A stretch of 64,000 nt of DNA from NCBI GenBank assembly GCA_964418565.1, contig CAYQMB010000003.1, positions 3,892 through 67,891 on the forward strand, written 5' to 3'. The position numbers were made by a program, and so were the translations under genes. Below are positions 18,169 to 28,418 of the stretch, piece after piece. The notes below the pieces were generated by a model. It was not told the DNA's origin. It did not search any database and saw only the letters and a list, made by a program, of their open reading frames with translations. The stretch comes from an uncultured Bacteroidales bacterium (GTDB lineage Bacteria > Bacteroidota > Bacteroidia > Bacteroidales > ML635J-15). Position 1 is the first letter of the stretch; the number at the start of each line of letters is the position of its first letter.

Positions 18169-19725
18169 TTAGCTTTTTTTACGGATTTTTAATTTCTGAC
18201 CGGGTTTTAATCCGGTTTCACTATCAATATTGTTCAGTTGTAAAATGTCGCTTGCTGATATTCCGGGATAACGTTTTGCAATCTCCCATGGGTTATCACC
18301 TCTTTTTACCGTATAGTACTCGTAAGCAGGATCCAGTTTTGCGGGTTTTGAATTGACCGTGGTTGAGGTTTGGCCTTCGCGTTTTTGCTTAGCTGCCCTG
18401 CTCATGCTGTTAACGCTTTTGTAATAATCATATTTATCTTCAGGTACATAAATCACCAGGTTTTTGCCGGCACGTATTCGGCTGGTATAAAGCCCGTTCC
18501 AGGCTTTTAGCTGGTTTGTGCTGATATCGTACCAGCTTGCAATCAGCCCCAGGGCATCACCGGATTTTATGGTGTATGTCAGTTTTTTTGTGCCTGCAGG
18601 TTGTGATGCTGCCGGGTAATGTGATGTGCTCCGGCTGGCAGGTTTATAGGCGATTTTGTTTGGATTCAGATAGGTGGATTCTTTGTACAGATGTATGCTG
18701 TCTTCTGCTGCAATGTATGCCGGGATGTAATCTATTGGCAGAATGAGATGCCGTGGTTTTTCTTTCGCGGGAATCAAATCGCGTTTGTATTGGGGATTAT
18801 AAAAGCGTAAATCTGCCTTGCTTATGCCTATAACATCGCTTAACTGGCCAAAATGGAGATCATTGGTTACCATGATGGTGTCCACAGCGTATGGCAGGTC
18901 CATATCTGCAGCTTTAAAGCCATGCTCATCGTAATACTCATACAGGTAATTAACGGCGATGAAAGCCGGAACGTAATTGCGGGTTTCCCGTGGAAGGTAA
19001 TGGTAAATTTCCCAGAAATTACCTGTACCACCGGCTCTGCGTATTGCCCGGTTAACATTTCCCGGTCCGCAGTTGTATGCTGCCAGCGCCAGAACCCAAT
19101 CGTTGTAGATTGTATCAAGGGTATGCAGGTATTGGCAGGCAGCGTGTGTTGACTTTATAGGATCTCTGCGTTCATCAACATAGGAATTGATCTCCAGGCC
19201 AACAAATTTGCCGGTGCGGTACATAAATTGCCAAAGTCCTGTTGCACCTGCCCTGGAAACAGCCTGTGGATTGAGCGCTGATTCAATCACCGCAAGGTAC
19301 TTCATCTCATAGGGAATATTGTACTCGTCCATGATGCGTTCGAACATGGGAAAATAGTATTCTGACAGAGCCAGCAGGCGTGGCACTTGCTTGTAGGCTC
19401 TGTCAATATAATGGTCTATATTCCGTTTTACTTCGGCATTGAATGACAGGTCAACAGGGGAATAAAGCCGGGCAAGTCGTTCGCGGTATACTGAATCGGG
19501 GAGATTAAGCACCAGTGAGTCTCTGATCACTTCGCCTTTTTCAACGCTGTCTTTTTGTACGTAGTAATGCGTGTTTAACAAACTATCGATGCGATTAATC
19601 CAGGCCATCACTTCCTTGGTTTTCAGGCTGTCAGAGAGCGTATGTTTGATGCTGTCTCCGCTGTTCACAGCAAATGTTGCGCCAGAGAAAATCAGGATAC
19701 TGAATATGATAATTGTTTTTTTCAT
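18169..19725 (-). CDS. lytic transglycosylase (SLT domain) with C-terminal LysM repeats
   Basis: VIESALNPQAVSRAGATGLWQFM and AYNCGPGNV motifs. Two LysM-like segments (YTIKSGDALGLIA..., YTVKRGDNPWEIA...). Confidence 0.85.
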   Translation of the reverse strand: MKKTIIIFSILIFSGATFAVNSGDSIKHTLSDSLKTKEVMAWINRIDSLLNTHYYVQKDSVEKGEVIRDSLVLNLPDSVYRERLARLYSPVDLSFNAEVKRNIDHYIDRAYKQVPRLLALSEYYFPMFERIMDEYNIPYEMKYLAVIESALNPQAVSRAGATGLWQFMYRTGKFVGLEINSYVDERRDPIKSTHAACQYLHTLDTIYNDWVLALAAYNCGPGNVNRAIRRAGGTGNFWEIYHYLPRETRNYVPAFIAVNYLYEYYDEHGFKAADMDLPYAVDTIMVTNDLHFGQLSDVIGISKADLRFYNPQYKRDLIPAKEKPRHLILPIDYIPAYIAAEDSIHLYKESTYLNPNKIAYKPASRSTSHYPAASQPAGTKKLTYTIKSGDALGLIASWYDISTNQLKAWNGLYTSRIRAGKNLVIYVPEDKYDYYKSVNSMSRAAKQKREGQTSTTVNSKPAKLDPAYEYYTVKRGDNPWEIAKRYPGISASDILQLNNIDSETGLKPGQKLKIRKKS

Positions 19726-19731
19726 GCGTAC

Positions 19732-20277
19732 TTAAAATTTCAACGTTAAGCTCATCGCCATGGTTTGACTGTAAGGTGAGGTTACAGGTTTAAGTTTCAG
19801 ACTAAGATCACTGCCGACATCAAAATCACTCAATGTTGCGTCTACGTTTGCATCAATGATCTGAAGGACATAAAATATACTGGCACCAATAATGTTAAGA
19901 TCGCGGTAGCGTTGCCAGCGTTCCATTTCATTCAGCAATGCGTCTTCGGATAAGATGCCTTCAAATTCATCCGGCTGATCGTTTTGTCTTTTGACCAGGG
20001 CAGATTTAAAGCGCATGAATTCCTGATGGTTATCCACAGCAAGGTAAATAAATGTTCCCATCCCTGCATACACAATTGGTGCTTTCCAGTATTTTTTGTT
20101 GTAAATCTGTCCTGTTCCGGGAAGCACCGCAGAATATAAACTGGCTTTCAGCGGTGAACGTTTCAGGTTTTGCTCCGTATCCTGCCCGGATGTGCTGTCA
20201 GCATCCTGAGCATGTGCTGAGAAATTTGTACCTGCAAGCACAAGAACCAAGGTCATGTATGTAAGCAAAGCTTTCAA
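19732..20277 (-). CDS. DUF5683-family protein
   Basis: SAVLPGTGQIYNKKYWKAPIVYAG motif. Occupies the conserved Bacteroidota position downstream of parB. Confidence 0.65.
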   Translation of the reverse strand: MKALLTYMTLVLVLAGTNFSAHAQDADSTSGQDTEQNLKRSPLKASLYSAVLPGTGQIYNKKYWKAPIVYAGMGTFIYLAVDNHQEFMRFKSALVKRQNDQPDEFEGILSEDALLNEMERWQRYRDLNIIGASIFYVLQIIDANVDATLSDFDVGSDLSLKLKPVTSPYSQTMAMSLTLKF

Positions 20278-20282
20278 GCTGT

Positions 20283-21158
20283 CTATTTTTTGGGTTTATC
20301 CAGAGCAGCTACAATTTTTTCCAGTTCTTCATCATTTTCAAATGGAATAACGATTTTGCCTTTGCCTTTGTTGTTTCTGTTGAATTTCACACTGGTATCA
20401 AAATAGTCAGACAGGTGTTTTTCAAGGCTGTTCCATTCATTTGATTTGTCTGATTTCTTTTGTTTTTTCTGTTTTTTCTCATTTTTTTCGCTGTTAAGTT
20501 CGTTAACAAACTCTTCAACTTTGCGTACAGAAAATCCGTATTTTAAAATCTGGTTGTAAACCATGAGCTGGGTTTCTTCATCTTTCAGGTTGATGAGTGC
20601 CCTGGCATGGCCCATGGTGATTTTGTGCTCACGAATACCGAGTTGAATCTCCGGTGGCAATTTAAGCAGTCGGATGTAATTTGAGATGGTGGAGCGTTTT
20701 TTACCAATGCGCTCACTGAGTTTTTCCTGTGTGAGCTTACACTCTTCCATTAGCCTGTCGTATGAAATAGCGATTTCCATGGCATCCAGATTTTCCCGCT
20801 GGATGTTTTCAACCAGGGCCATCTCGAGCAATCCCTGGTCATCAGCGGTGCGTACAAATGCTGGCACAGCTTTGAGCCCGGCTATTTTAGCTGCTTTAAG
20901 CCGCCTTTCTCCACTGATGAGCTGAAATTTATCGTCTTTCAGGCTGACAGTAATGGGCTGAATAATGCCCAGTTCTTTAATGGAGGCAGCTAACTCTTCA
21001 AGGGCTTCCTCGTGGAATTGTTTCCTGGGTTGAAACGGGTTTGCCGTAATTTTTTCGACAGGTATTTCATTAACGGCGTCGCGTTTTATTTTGCCGTCGT
21101 TATTATCGGTTTCGATAAGGGCTCCCAGCCCTTTTCCCAATGCATTTCTCTTTGCCAT
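20283..21158 (-). CDS. parB: chromosome partitioning protein ParB
   Basis: NPFQPRK, GIIQPITV and ISGERRLKAAKIAGL motifs plus an HTH region. Confidence 0.9.
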   Translation of the reverse strand: MAKRNALGKGLGALIETDNNDGKIKRDAVNEIPVEKITANPFQPRKQFHEEALEELAASIKELGIIQPITVSLKDDKFQLISGERRLKAAKIAGLKAVPAFVRTADDQGLLEMALVENIQRENLDAMEIAISYDRLMEECKLTQEKLSERIGKKRSTISNYIRLLKLPPEIQLGIREHKITMGHARALINLKDEETQLMVYNQILKYGFSVRKVEEFVNELNSEKNEKKQKKQKKSDKSNEWNSLEKHLSDYFDTSVKFNRNNKGKGKIVIPFENDEELEKIVAALDKPKK

Positions 21159-21163
21159 GGTAA

Positions 21164-21964
21164 TTAATCAAGTGTTTTATCTTTTTCCGGAATTTCGGTC
21201 ATATCATTTCGCTGTAACAGCTCTCTGGCCATTGCCAGGTAATTTTGTGCTCCTTTGGAATTGGCATCGTATCCCAAAATAGACTGCCCGAATGAGGGTG
21301 CCTCGCCAAGTTTGATGTTTCTGGCAATAATGGTTTCGAATACCATGGTTTCAAAGTGTTTCTTTACTTCCTCTACAATTTGATGGGACAGATTGTTACG
21401 GCCATCAAACATGGTAAGCAAAAACCCTTCTATATCAAGGTTCTCGTTCAGGTTCGACTGCACAATACGAATGGTGTTTAAGAGCTTGCCCAGGCCTTCC
21501 AGTGCAAAATATTCGCACTGTACCGGTATGATTACTGAATCGGCGGCAGTAAGTGCGTTGACAGTAATCAAGCCAAGTGACGGAGAACAGTCAATCAACA
21601 CAATATCGTAGTTTTCCCTGACATCTTCAATCATCAGACGAAGGACTTTTTCACGATTGGGCAGGTCGAGCATTTCAATTTCGGCACCAACCAGGTCAAT
21701 GTGGCTGGGCAGAAGGTCCAGATTGTCCATTTCGCTTTTCAGGATAATGTTTTCAGGATCTTCCTGCTTTATCAGCATTTCATACAATCCGGTTTGAATG
21801 TTTTTAACATCAAAACCAAGTCCGCTGGTGGAGTTTGCCTGCGGGTCTGCATCGATCAACAAAACCGAATGTTCAAGCGCAGCCAGACTGGCGGCCAGAT
21901 TAATCGCGGTTGTTGTTTTTCCTACGCCTCCTTTTTGGTTTGCAATTGCAATAACTTTTCCCAT
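21164..21964 (-). CDS. parA: chromosome partitioning ATPase ParA (Soj)
   Basis: Deviant Walker A KGGVGKTTTAINLA. Start chosen at MGKVIAIANQ. The ORF-track start (22033) adds 23 atypical residues. Confidence 0.9.
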   Translation of the reverse strand: MGKVIAIANQKGGVGKTTTAINLAASLAALEHSVLLIDADPQANSTSGLGFDVKNIQTGLYEMLIKQEDPENIILKSEMDNLDLLPSHIDLVGAEIEMLDLPNREKVLRLMIEDVRENYDIVLIDCSPSLGLITVNALTAADSVIIPVQCEYFALEGLGKLLNTIRIVQSNLNENLDIEGFLLTMFDGRNNLSHQIVEEVKKHFETMVFETIIARNIKLGEAPSFGQSILGYDANSKGAQNYLAMARELLQRNDMTEIPEKDKTLD

Positions 21965-22142
21965 GCTATTCATTCTTTCTTTCTGATTCTCAAAAATAAC
22001 ATTATTCCGTAAAACGGCATGTGAATTTTTCAAATATCTGTCCGAAACTTATCCACCGTTTCATCGTCTTTTATCACCGGCTTTATGGTGTCTGGTGTAT
22101 ACCGGAAGTCAGAAATATTTCTGAATATTTTTATTGTGTGTC

Positions 22143-22754
22143 CTATCTGACCTGGTATGTTCTGTCAGATGCCTCTTCCCCGGCATTAAAATGTTCGATG
22201 ATGCCTTTAATATCTTCACGGGTACGTTGCGATCCAAACAAAGCATCGCGTAACTCAGGATAATCCTTTAGATAGGTAAGCATCCTTTTCATGTTCGTTA
22301 CCTCATCTTTTAGAAAACTATGCTCGATGATGAAAAGCGGTTTTTCCGGCAGTCTGATAACCCAATTGATTTTGTACGTGCCGGAGGTTTTGCATGAGCA
22401 GTTTTTAAACGGATAAACAACATTGTATACGCTTATTTTCCCCTCAGTAATGACTTTGCCAAATGCCCATATGTTGTATCCGGCTACCTGATCATCAAAC
22501 CATATTGCCCGATAAACATCGTTTTCTGTGGTAACCTTTTCGATATATTCCGGTCTGAGGTTTCTTTTGTTATGATTTTCATCACGGAATTTGATGAAGG
22601 TTGAGAACTTTCGCTTCCCGATTTTAACTTCGCCCTGAAACGCTAATCCTTCTTTTGGGTACACCGTTCCATTTTCCCATTTGGCCGCATATCCAGAACC
22701 CGGCAGAGAGACAAATGCAATCAGGATGAGGCTTATGTACAAAATCGATTTCAA
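22143..22754 (-). CDS. hypothetical secreted protein
   Basis: Signal peptide MKSILYISLILIAFVSLPGSGYA. No family recognised. 4-nt overlap with ribH suggests co-transcription. Confidence 0.5.
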   Translation of the reverse strand: MKSILYISLILIAFVSLPGSGYAAKWENGTVYPKEGLAFQGEVKIGKRKFSTFIKFRDENHNKRNLRPEYIEKVTTENDVYRAIWFDDQVAGYNIWAFGKVITEGKISVYNVVYPFKNCSCKTSGTYKINWVIRLPEKPLFIIEHSFLKDEVTNMKRMLTYLKDYPELRDALFGSQRTREDIKGIIEHFNAGEEASDRTYQVR

Positions 22755-23251
22755 ATTCCCTGTTTAATTTCTTTTTTTAGCTGAATCATCTGTAAAGCAG
22801 CCGCAGCGGCTTCGTCGCCTTTGTTGCCATGTTTGCCACCGGAACGGTCAAGAGCTTGCTGCTGATTGCTGGTTGTCAAAACACCGAAAATAAAAGGGAT
22901 GTTGTACCTGGTGTTCAGGTCTCTGATGCCATCGGTAACGCCTTGTGCAACAAAGTCAAAATGGCGTGTTTCTCCCTGAATGATGCAACCCAGACAAATA
23001 ACGGCATGAACATCGCTGTAATCAGCCATTGTTTTGGCAGCACTGACAAGCTCAAAGCTACCGGGAACAGATTTGCTGCGGATGTTTTCTGTTTTTATGC
23101 CAGAATTTTCCAGGCTGTTTATGGCTGCATCACGCATTGCATAGGTAACATCCGGATTCCAGTCAGCGGTCACAATAGCGATTTTCCAGTTTTCAGCACC
23201 CTGGTACTGTTTTACTTGATTGTCGGATAGGTTACGTTTTTCAGTTGACAT
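22751..23251 (-). CDS. ribH: 6,7-dimethyl-8-ribityllumazine synthase
   Basis: IAIVTADWNPDVT, VPGSFELV and VICLGCIIQGETRHFDFV motifs. Confidence 0.9.
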   Translation of the reverse strand: MSTEKRNLSDNQVKQYQGAENWKIAIVTADWNPDVTYAMRDAAINSLENSGIKTENIRSKSVPGSFELVSAAKTMADYSDVHAVICLGCIIQGETRHFDFVAQGVTDGIRDLNTRYNIPFIFGVLTTSNQQQALDRSGGKHGNKGDEAAAAALQMIQLKKEIKQGI

Positions 23252-23315
23252 AATGGTATGATATTAAAAAAGCATCGTTGCCGATGCTTTATAAAACGTG
23301 ATCGTTTGTTGAAAA

Positions 23316-24011
23316 TTATTTATTCAGGTGCAATTTTGCACGTTCCTGATATTTTTCAATGTTGCGTTGCTCTCTTGTGCCGTACCAATCCTTTTCAATG
23401 GTGTTGTATACTTCAAGGGCCTTATCGTAATCACCCTGAATTTCCAGTGTACGTCCTTTTTTCATAAGGTATACGGGTGTGAGAAATTCATTACCGGCAA
23501 GATCGGCAGCCTTATCGTAATGTTTAACGGCATTTTTTGTGTCACCGGTTTCAAGGTAAGCATCCCCCAGCAATCCCTGTGCATTTGCACCGACCATCAT
23601 ATCGTCGGATTTAAAGTCTTTCAGGTACTCTATGGCCGCTTCAAATTCTGCGAGTTTAATGTAGCATACCCCTGAGTAGTATTTTGCAAGATTGCCCTGT
23701 GGTGTGCTTCCGTAATTGTCAATGATATCTAAAAAGCCATAATTTACGCCGTCACCTTCAAGTGCCAGTCTGAATGAATCTTTGGCAAAATATTGCTCGG
23801 CGACAAAAGCTTCGGCAACTGCCTGTTCGGCCTTGGGCTGAATGATAAAACGTTTGTATCCAAAATACCCGGCTACAATCAGCAGGAGAATGAGTACAAC
23901 ATAGGTTATGGTTTTCTGATTCTTCTCAATAAACAGTTCCGTTTTGCTTAACGCAGTTTCAACGTTTTCGAGGTTTTGTTCGGTGTGTTCTGATTTTTTC
24001 TTCGCCATCAC
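23316..24011 (-). CDS. membrane-anchored tetratricopeptide-repeat protein
   Basis: N-terminal TM helix (ITYVVLILLLIVAGYFGY) followed by TPR-like repeats. Usual neighbour of ribH in this phylum. Confidence 0.6.
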   Translation of the reverse strand: MMAKKKSEHTEQNLENVETALSKTELFIEKNQKTITYVVLILLLIVAGYFGYKRFIIQPKAEQAVAEAFVAEQYFAKDSFRLALEGDGVNYGFLDIIDNYGSTPQGNLAKYYSGVCYIKLAEFEAAIEYLKDFKSDDMMVGANAQGLLGDAYLETGDTKNAVKHYDKAADLAGNEFLTPVYLMKKGRTLEIQGDYDKALEVYNTIEKDWYGTREQRNIEKYQERAKLHLNK

Positions 24012-24276
24012 TAATTAATTTGCTTTTATACAGACGGCAAATGTAATGAATTTCTTAGAAAAAGGGAAAAGGCCTGCTAAAATATTTGCCCAATACGTGT
24101 ATAGACAGATTCGACATGGGCGCTGAGGGTTTTCCGCAATGGAAAAACTGCCGAAATCTCCCTTAAATCGGGTTGTTGGTCTGTCTGCACTGAGATAAAT
24201 TGAGGCAAGCACAACATAAGGCGGAAGTAGCATCGCAACAATTGTGTTGCTGGCATGTTCTTATGAAAAGTGATTT

Positions 24277-25641
24277 ATGAAAATATTGCTGACCGGAGCC
24301 AGTGGTTATATAGGAGGGCATTTGTTACGCGTTTTGCTCAATGCCGGACATGATGTGTATTGCGCTGGCAGAAGCAAGGTGAAACTGTCCGATAGATACG
24401 ATAATTGTCATTTTGTCTCTCATGATTTTGTCAAATCTGATTCCTTGCAACATGTACCTGAACGTTTCGATCTTGCTTATTACCTTATGCACTCAATGAA
24501 AGGTAAAGTGAAAGGTTTTGAGCAGACCGAAGCTCTTGTAGCAGAGAATTTTGTTCGCGCTGTAAAGCCTTTAAACGTGAAGCAAGTCATTTACCTGAGC
24601 GGACTAACGCATACTAAAGACTTATCCCCGCATTTTCAATCACGGTATAAGGTGGAAGAAATACTCAGAAATTCAGGTATTCCCTGTACCATTATTCAGG
24701 CATCAATAATCATCGGTGCCGGATCTGCCAGCTTTGAAATCATTCGCGACCTGGTGGAAAAACTGCCTGTGATGATTGCCCCGAAATGGTTAAGAACCCG
24801 CTCACAACCAGTAAGCATAAAGGATGTTGTGTTTTATCTTGATGCCCTGAAGCTCCGGAATGAATTTTACGGGCGAAGCCTTGAGGCAGCAGGCCCCGAT
24901 GTGGTGAGTTATAAAGAAATGCTTAAAGCCTATGCCAGGGTTCGTAAATTGCGGAGATGGATATTTGTTGTGCCTGTTATGACCCCACGCTTATCCTCAT
25001 ACTGGCTTTACTTTGTGACATCTACAGATTATGCCCTTGCTGTAAACCTGGTTGACAGCATGAAAATAGAATCCGTTTCTAAAACAAATCGCCTTAGTCG
25101 TATCCTGGAACACAAGCCACAAACGCTGAATCAGGCCTTGAAATCTGCTCTGCATGTCAAACAGGGTGAACTTCCGGCTTATGCAATATACCGTGATTTT
25201 CGGCAAAAGCCCTTTTTACAGGGAAATATGGAGGAGGTTAAACGTAGGATATTTTCGATTGGTGGGGAGAATGGCTGGTATTATGCCAATTGGCTGTGGC
25301 GTTTAAGGGCTGCACTTGACAGAATGGTTGGAGGCAAGGGAATGAAGACCGGTCGGAGGGTGTCAGAACCTGTTAGGCCGGGTGATACCATAGATTTTTG
25401 GCGGGTAGAATATGCAAATATTGCGGAAGGCCGGCTTTTACTAAAGGCCGAAATGAAGCTGCCGGGAGATGCCTGGCTGGAATTCAGGGTGGATAAAAAT
25501 CAAAACAGGCTTTATCAAACTGCTGTATTCCGGCCAAAAGGATTGATGGGGCGCCTTTATTGGTTGCTCGTACTGCCTTTACATGCGATTATCTTTCGGG
25601 GATTAATTAGCAAATTAACTTCTGATAAATCAGTGCAGTAG
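24277..25641 (+). CDS. NAD(P)-binding SDR-like protein with C-terminal DUF2867-like domain
   Basis: N-terminal Rossmann motif LLTGASGYIGGHL. The C-terminal ~150 aa resemble DUF2867 (WYYANWLWRLRAALDRMVGG...). Confidence 0.6.
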   Translation: MKILLTGASGYIGGHLLRVLLNAGHDVYCAGRSKVKLSDRYDNCHFVSHDFVKSDSLQHVPERFDLAYYLMHSMKGKVKGFEQTEALVAENFVRAVKPLNVKQVIYLSGLTHTKDLSPHFQSRYKVEEILRNSGIPCTIIQASIIIGAGSASFEIIRDLVEKLPVMIAPKWLRTRSQPVSIKDVVFYLDALKLRNEFYGRSLEAAGPDVVSYKEMLKAYARVRKLRRWIFVVPVMTPRLSSYWLYFVTSTDYALAVNLVDSMKIESVSKTNRLSRILEHKPQTLNQALKSALHVKQGELPAYAIYRDFRQKPFLQGNMEEVKRRIFSIGGENGWYYANWLWRLRAALDRMVGGKGMKTGRRVSEPVRPGDTIDFWRVEYANIAEGRLLLKAEMKLPGDAWLEFRVDKNQNRLYQTAVFRPKGLMGRLYWLLVLPLHAIIFRGLISKLTSDKSVQ

Positions 25642-25723
25642 GGAATAACTGTTTCCTGAGAATATTTTGTTATCAATCTTAATTTGATTACATTTACCAT
25701 CATACAAACCAAAGCAAATAACT

Positions 25724-26314
25724 ATGAGACTTTTAAGTATTATTATTTCATTCTTCCTCGTTGCGGGAATGACATCCTGCGGTGGCGGGGGTGACAATGC
25801 GGAAAATGCCACAAAAGACAAGGCTGATAAACAAGCCAATGTCAAAGAAGCAAAAGCCGACAAAACCGAAAGCACTGATGTGGAAAATGTCACTATCGAC
25901 CTTACTGAAATGAGTGTGCCGCTTAAAATGACTGTACCAGATGGCGTAGAAGTACGCGAAGGTATGATGACAGGTGAAGTTGAAGGCATTATGAATTACA
26001 ACTTTGAACTTGTCAAAGATGGATGGATTATTGACCTTACTATGATTGATGAAGAGCCTTATACGGATAAAGCCGGTTTTCTTGAAGATCAGAAATCAAT
26101 CACAAAAAACAGCGAGGGTTTTGAAGAAATAGTGGAAGAAGGTGAAAACGGATTTATTTACAAAACCACCAATGAAGACGGAGTTGACTACAATTTTTAC
26201 TATGTGTATTTTAAGGACGACAGAGCATTTGAATTTGAAGCAGGTCTGAAATTTGAAAACTTTACTCTGGGTCAGGTGAAATCAATGTATAAAGCAGCAA
26301 CGTCTGTTGAATAA
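25724..26314 (+). CDS. hypothetical lipoprotein
   Basis: Lipobox signal ...FFLVAGMTSC. Acidic body with no family recognised. Confidence 0.5.
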   Translation: MRLLSIIISFFLVAGMTSCGGGGDNAENATKDKADKQANVKEAKADKTESTDVENVTIDLTEMSVPLKMTVPDGVEVREGMMTGEVEGIMNYNFELVKDGWIIDLTMIDEEPYTDKAGFLEDQKSITKNSEGFEEIVEEGENGFIYKTTNEDGVDYNFYYVYFKDDRAFEFEAGLKFENFTLGQVKSMYKAATSVE

Positions 26315-26708
26315 TTCCATCTGAAGTATTCACGATAGAAAAAAAGGTGCTGTATTTCAGTGCCTTTTTCTTTTTCAGGCATGCAAAAAATGATAAATGT
26401 CATATAATGGCGAATGAAATGTAATTGATAACCATTAATATCGTAAGTTAATATAAAAACAGTATGCCTTTTCTCTAAATATGCCCTGGTATTTGATGTA
26501 TTGCTTACTTGAGGCGACATACAGACCGGAAAACCACTCAGGAATATTGTTTGTTTTGTTTTTAAGTTCCCGGAAAATTGTTGTATATTTAAGGGTTGAT
26601 TGATAGTTGATACAATCTCATTACTACGGGGGTAGTAATTTTCTCATAAGTAAGCACAGTCTGAATATTCTCATTGCACCAATTATGAAAGGTTTAGACT
26701 GAACAAAT

Positions 26709-26743
26709 GCATCCGGGCATGTCATTGTCCGGATGCTTTTTTT
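26709..26743 (+). terminator. orphan plus-strand intrinsic terminator
   Basis: GCATCCGG gcatgtcattgt CCGGATGC followed by TTTTTTT. The nearest plus-strand CDS ends about 400 nt upstream. Confidence 0.6.
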
Positions 26744-26746
26744 GAT

Positions 26747-26780
26747 CAAAAAAAAGCAAGCCTGCATTATACAGGCTTGC
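26747..26780 (-). terminator. glnA intrinsic terminator
   Basis: GCAAGCCTG tataatg CAGGCTTGC perfect 9-bp stem followed (minus sense) by a T-run, about 45 nt after the glnA stop. Confidence 0.75.
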
Positions 26781-26824
26781 ATTCATCGAACAAAGCAATA
26801 TAGCAACACACTATACCACTAACC

Positions 26825-28336
26825 TTACATGCAGTGAATATGTTTATTGACAAGTTTTTGTATCTCTTCGTTTTTCCCGTACAGGCGTTCACTGAGATCC
26901 TTATCATTAAAATTTTTGAGTTTTTTTATGACGCTGTCAATCATTCCTTTGGGGAAAATGTTGTTGTTCTCGAAAACTTCGCGGTGTTTTTCCAGGGCTT
27001 CAGCAGATTCCCAGCATGATTCAGGAAGAGCTTCAAGACTCTCGAGTTTTTCTTTATGCTCCTCATCAAAAATGTTGACATCCACGTAAAGCTCATCTGC
27101 AATTTTGAGTGCATCCGGCTTTTTTAGTCCATATTCGGATGCTACAATGAGGCCTGCAATGTATGAATAAATATCTGCGGAACCGTCACCACTGCGGATC
27201 TCAACAGTTTGCTTATTCATGCCTTTGGATTGAGCTTCTTTTTGCTGTGGGTTTGCATCTTTTATCATATCTGCACCGCCTAACCATCCCAAAGGAACGC
27301 GGATAAGAACCGATCTGTTTCTATCACCCCAGCAAATGTTTGTGGGCGCTTCCTGATGCGGTACAAGGCGCAGATAAGATGTCGGAATGGTATTGCCAAA
27401 GGCAGTCAGTGGCGCAGCCATTTCAAGCAGTCCTGCAATCATGCGTTTGGCTTCATCGCTGAGCTTGTCGTCGCTCACCATCATGTTTTTGCCGTCTTTT
27501 TCAAGCATCATGTGAATGTGTAAACCGCTACCTGCTTTGCCCACAGTGATTTTGGGGGCAAGGGATATGGTGAAACCATACTGATAGGATAATTTCCTGA
27601 GAATCCATTTGGCGATAAGCATTTGATCTGCGGCATTCTCAGCCATGCATGGTAGGAATTCAATTTCCTGCTGTTCATAATACATGTCATCCGTGTGGAA
27701 ATTACCAACCTCAGAATGCCCGTATTTGATTTGTCCTCCACATTGGGCAATAAGCAACATTGCCTCACGTCTGAAATCTTCAAATTTCACAAAGGGGTCA
27801 GATGCATGGTATCCTTTTTGATCCTGTGCCGGATACATTTCCTTATCCTCTCTCTCTGTCATGACGTAATATTCCAGTTCACCCAACGCCAGAAAGTTCA
27901 TACCGGTGCTTTTCTGAAACTGCTTGTGTGCTTTTTTCAGCAGGTATTCAGGGGCACTTTGAAGGGGTTTCCCATCAGAAGTATAGTAAGAGCAAAGAAT
28001 GTCAAGTGTGGGAATTTCTTCAAAGGGATTGACAAATGCTGTCTTATACCGTGGCACAACATACAGGTCACTGGAGCCGGCATCAATGTAAGAAAACATG
28101 CTTGAACCGTCAATGCGTTCACCTGTTGTCAGTATTTCACGGAGATGGTTAAGGTTGTTAATCACAAAATTCAGTGATTTCAATTTGCCGTCTTCAGCAA
28201 CATAACGGAAATTGACCATCTCTATTTCATGCGCCTCAATAAACCGAATGATATCTTCTCTGGTAAATTCATCGGCATTCTTTCCCAGGAACCCAACCAA
28301 TGGATTGGGATTCATTTGCGTTTCTTTTTCTATCAT
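26825..28336 (-). CDS. glnA: glutamine synthetase (about 500-aa form)
   Basis: GS beta-grasp and catalytic motifs: DGSSMF, GELEYYV, KYGHSEVGNF, GSGLHIHM, NRSVLIRVP. Confidence 0.85.
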   Translation of the reverse strand: MIEKETQMNPNPLVGFLGKNADEFTREDIIRFIEAHEIEMVNFRYVAEDGKLKSLNFVINNLNHLREILTTGERIDGSSMFSYIDAGSSDLYVVPRYKTAFVNPFEEIPTLDILCSYYTSDGKPLQSAPEYLLKKAHKQFQKSTGMNFLALGELEYYVMTEREDKEMYPAQDQKGYHASDPFVKFEDFRREAMLLIAQCGGQIKYGHSEVGNFHTDDMYYEQQEIEFLPCMAENAADQMLIAKWILRKLSYQYGFTISLAPKITVGKAGSGLHIHMMLEKDGKNMMVSDDKLSDEAKRMIAGLLEMAAPLTAFGNTIPTSYLRLVPHQEAPTNICWGDRNRSVLIRVPLGWLGGADMIKDANPQQKEAQSKGMNKQTVEIRSGDGSADIYSYIAGLIVASEYGLKKPDALKIADELYVDVNIFDEEHKEKLESLEALPESCWESAEALEKHREVFENNNIFPKGMIDSVIKKLKNFNDKDLSERLYGKNEEIQKLVNKHIHCM

Positions 28337-28418
28337 ACAATTATTATTTTTACCAACAAATTAGAGCTTAAATTTACGTAAAAAAATGAGCTAAACAAAG
28401 TTTTAAAAACACCGGTTT

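Noticed and set aside
24108-24120. gattcgacatggg resembles the GGAUUCGAC motif at the 5' end of tmRNA.
   Set aside because: The gap is only about 265 nt. There is no tRNA-like 3' end (GGTTCGA.TCC...CCA) and no tag reading frame.
24012-24276. Possible FMN (RFN) riboswitch in the minus-strand leader of the TPR-ribH-containing transcription unit. The region has several small stems (TTTTCC/GGAAAA, AGACAG/CTGTCT).
   Set aside because: I reverse-complemented the region and compared it with the RFN consensus blocks (GGGTGAAATTCCC..ACCGGCGGT and GCCGACAGT.AAAGTC.GGATG). None is present, so it is only a weakly structured leader.
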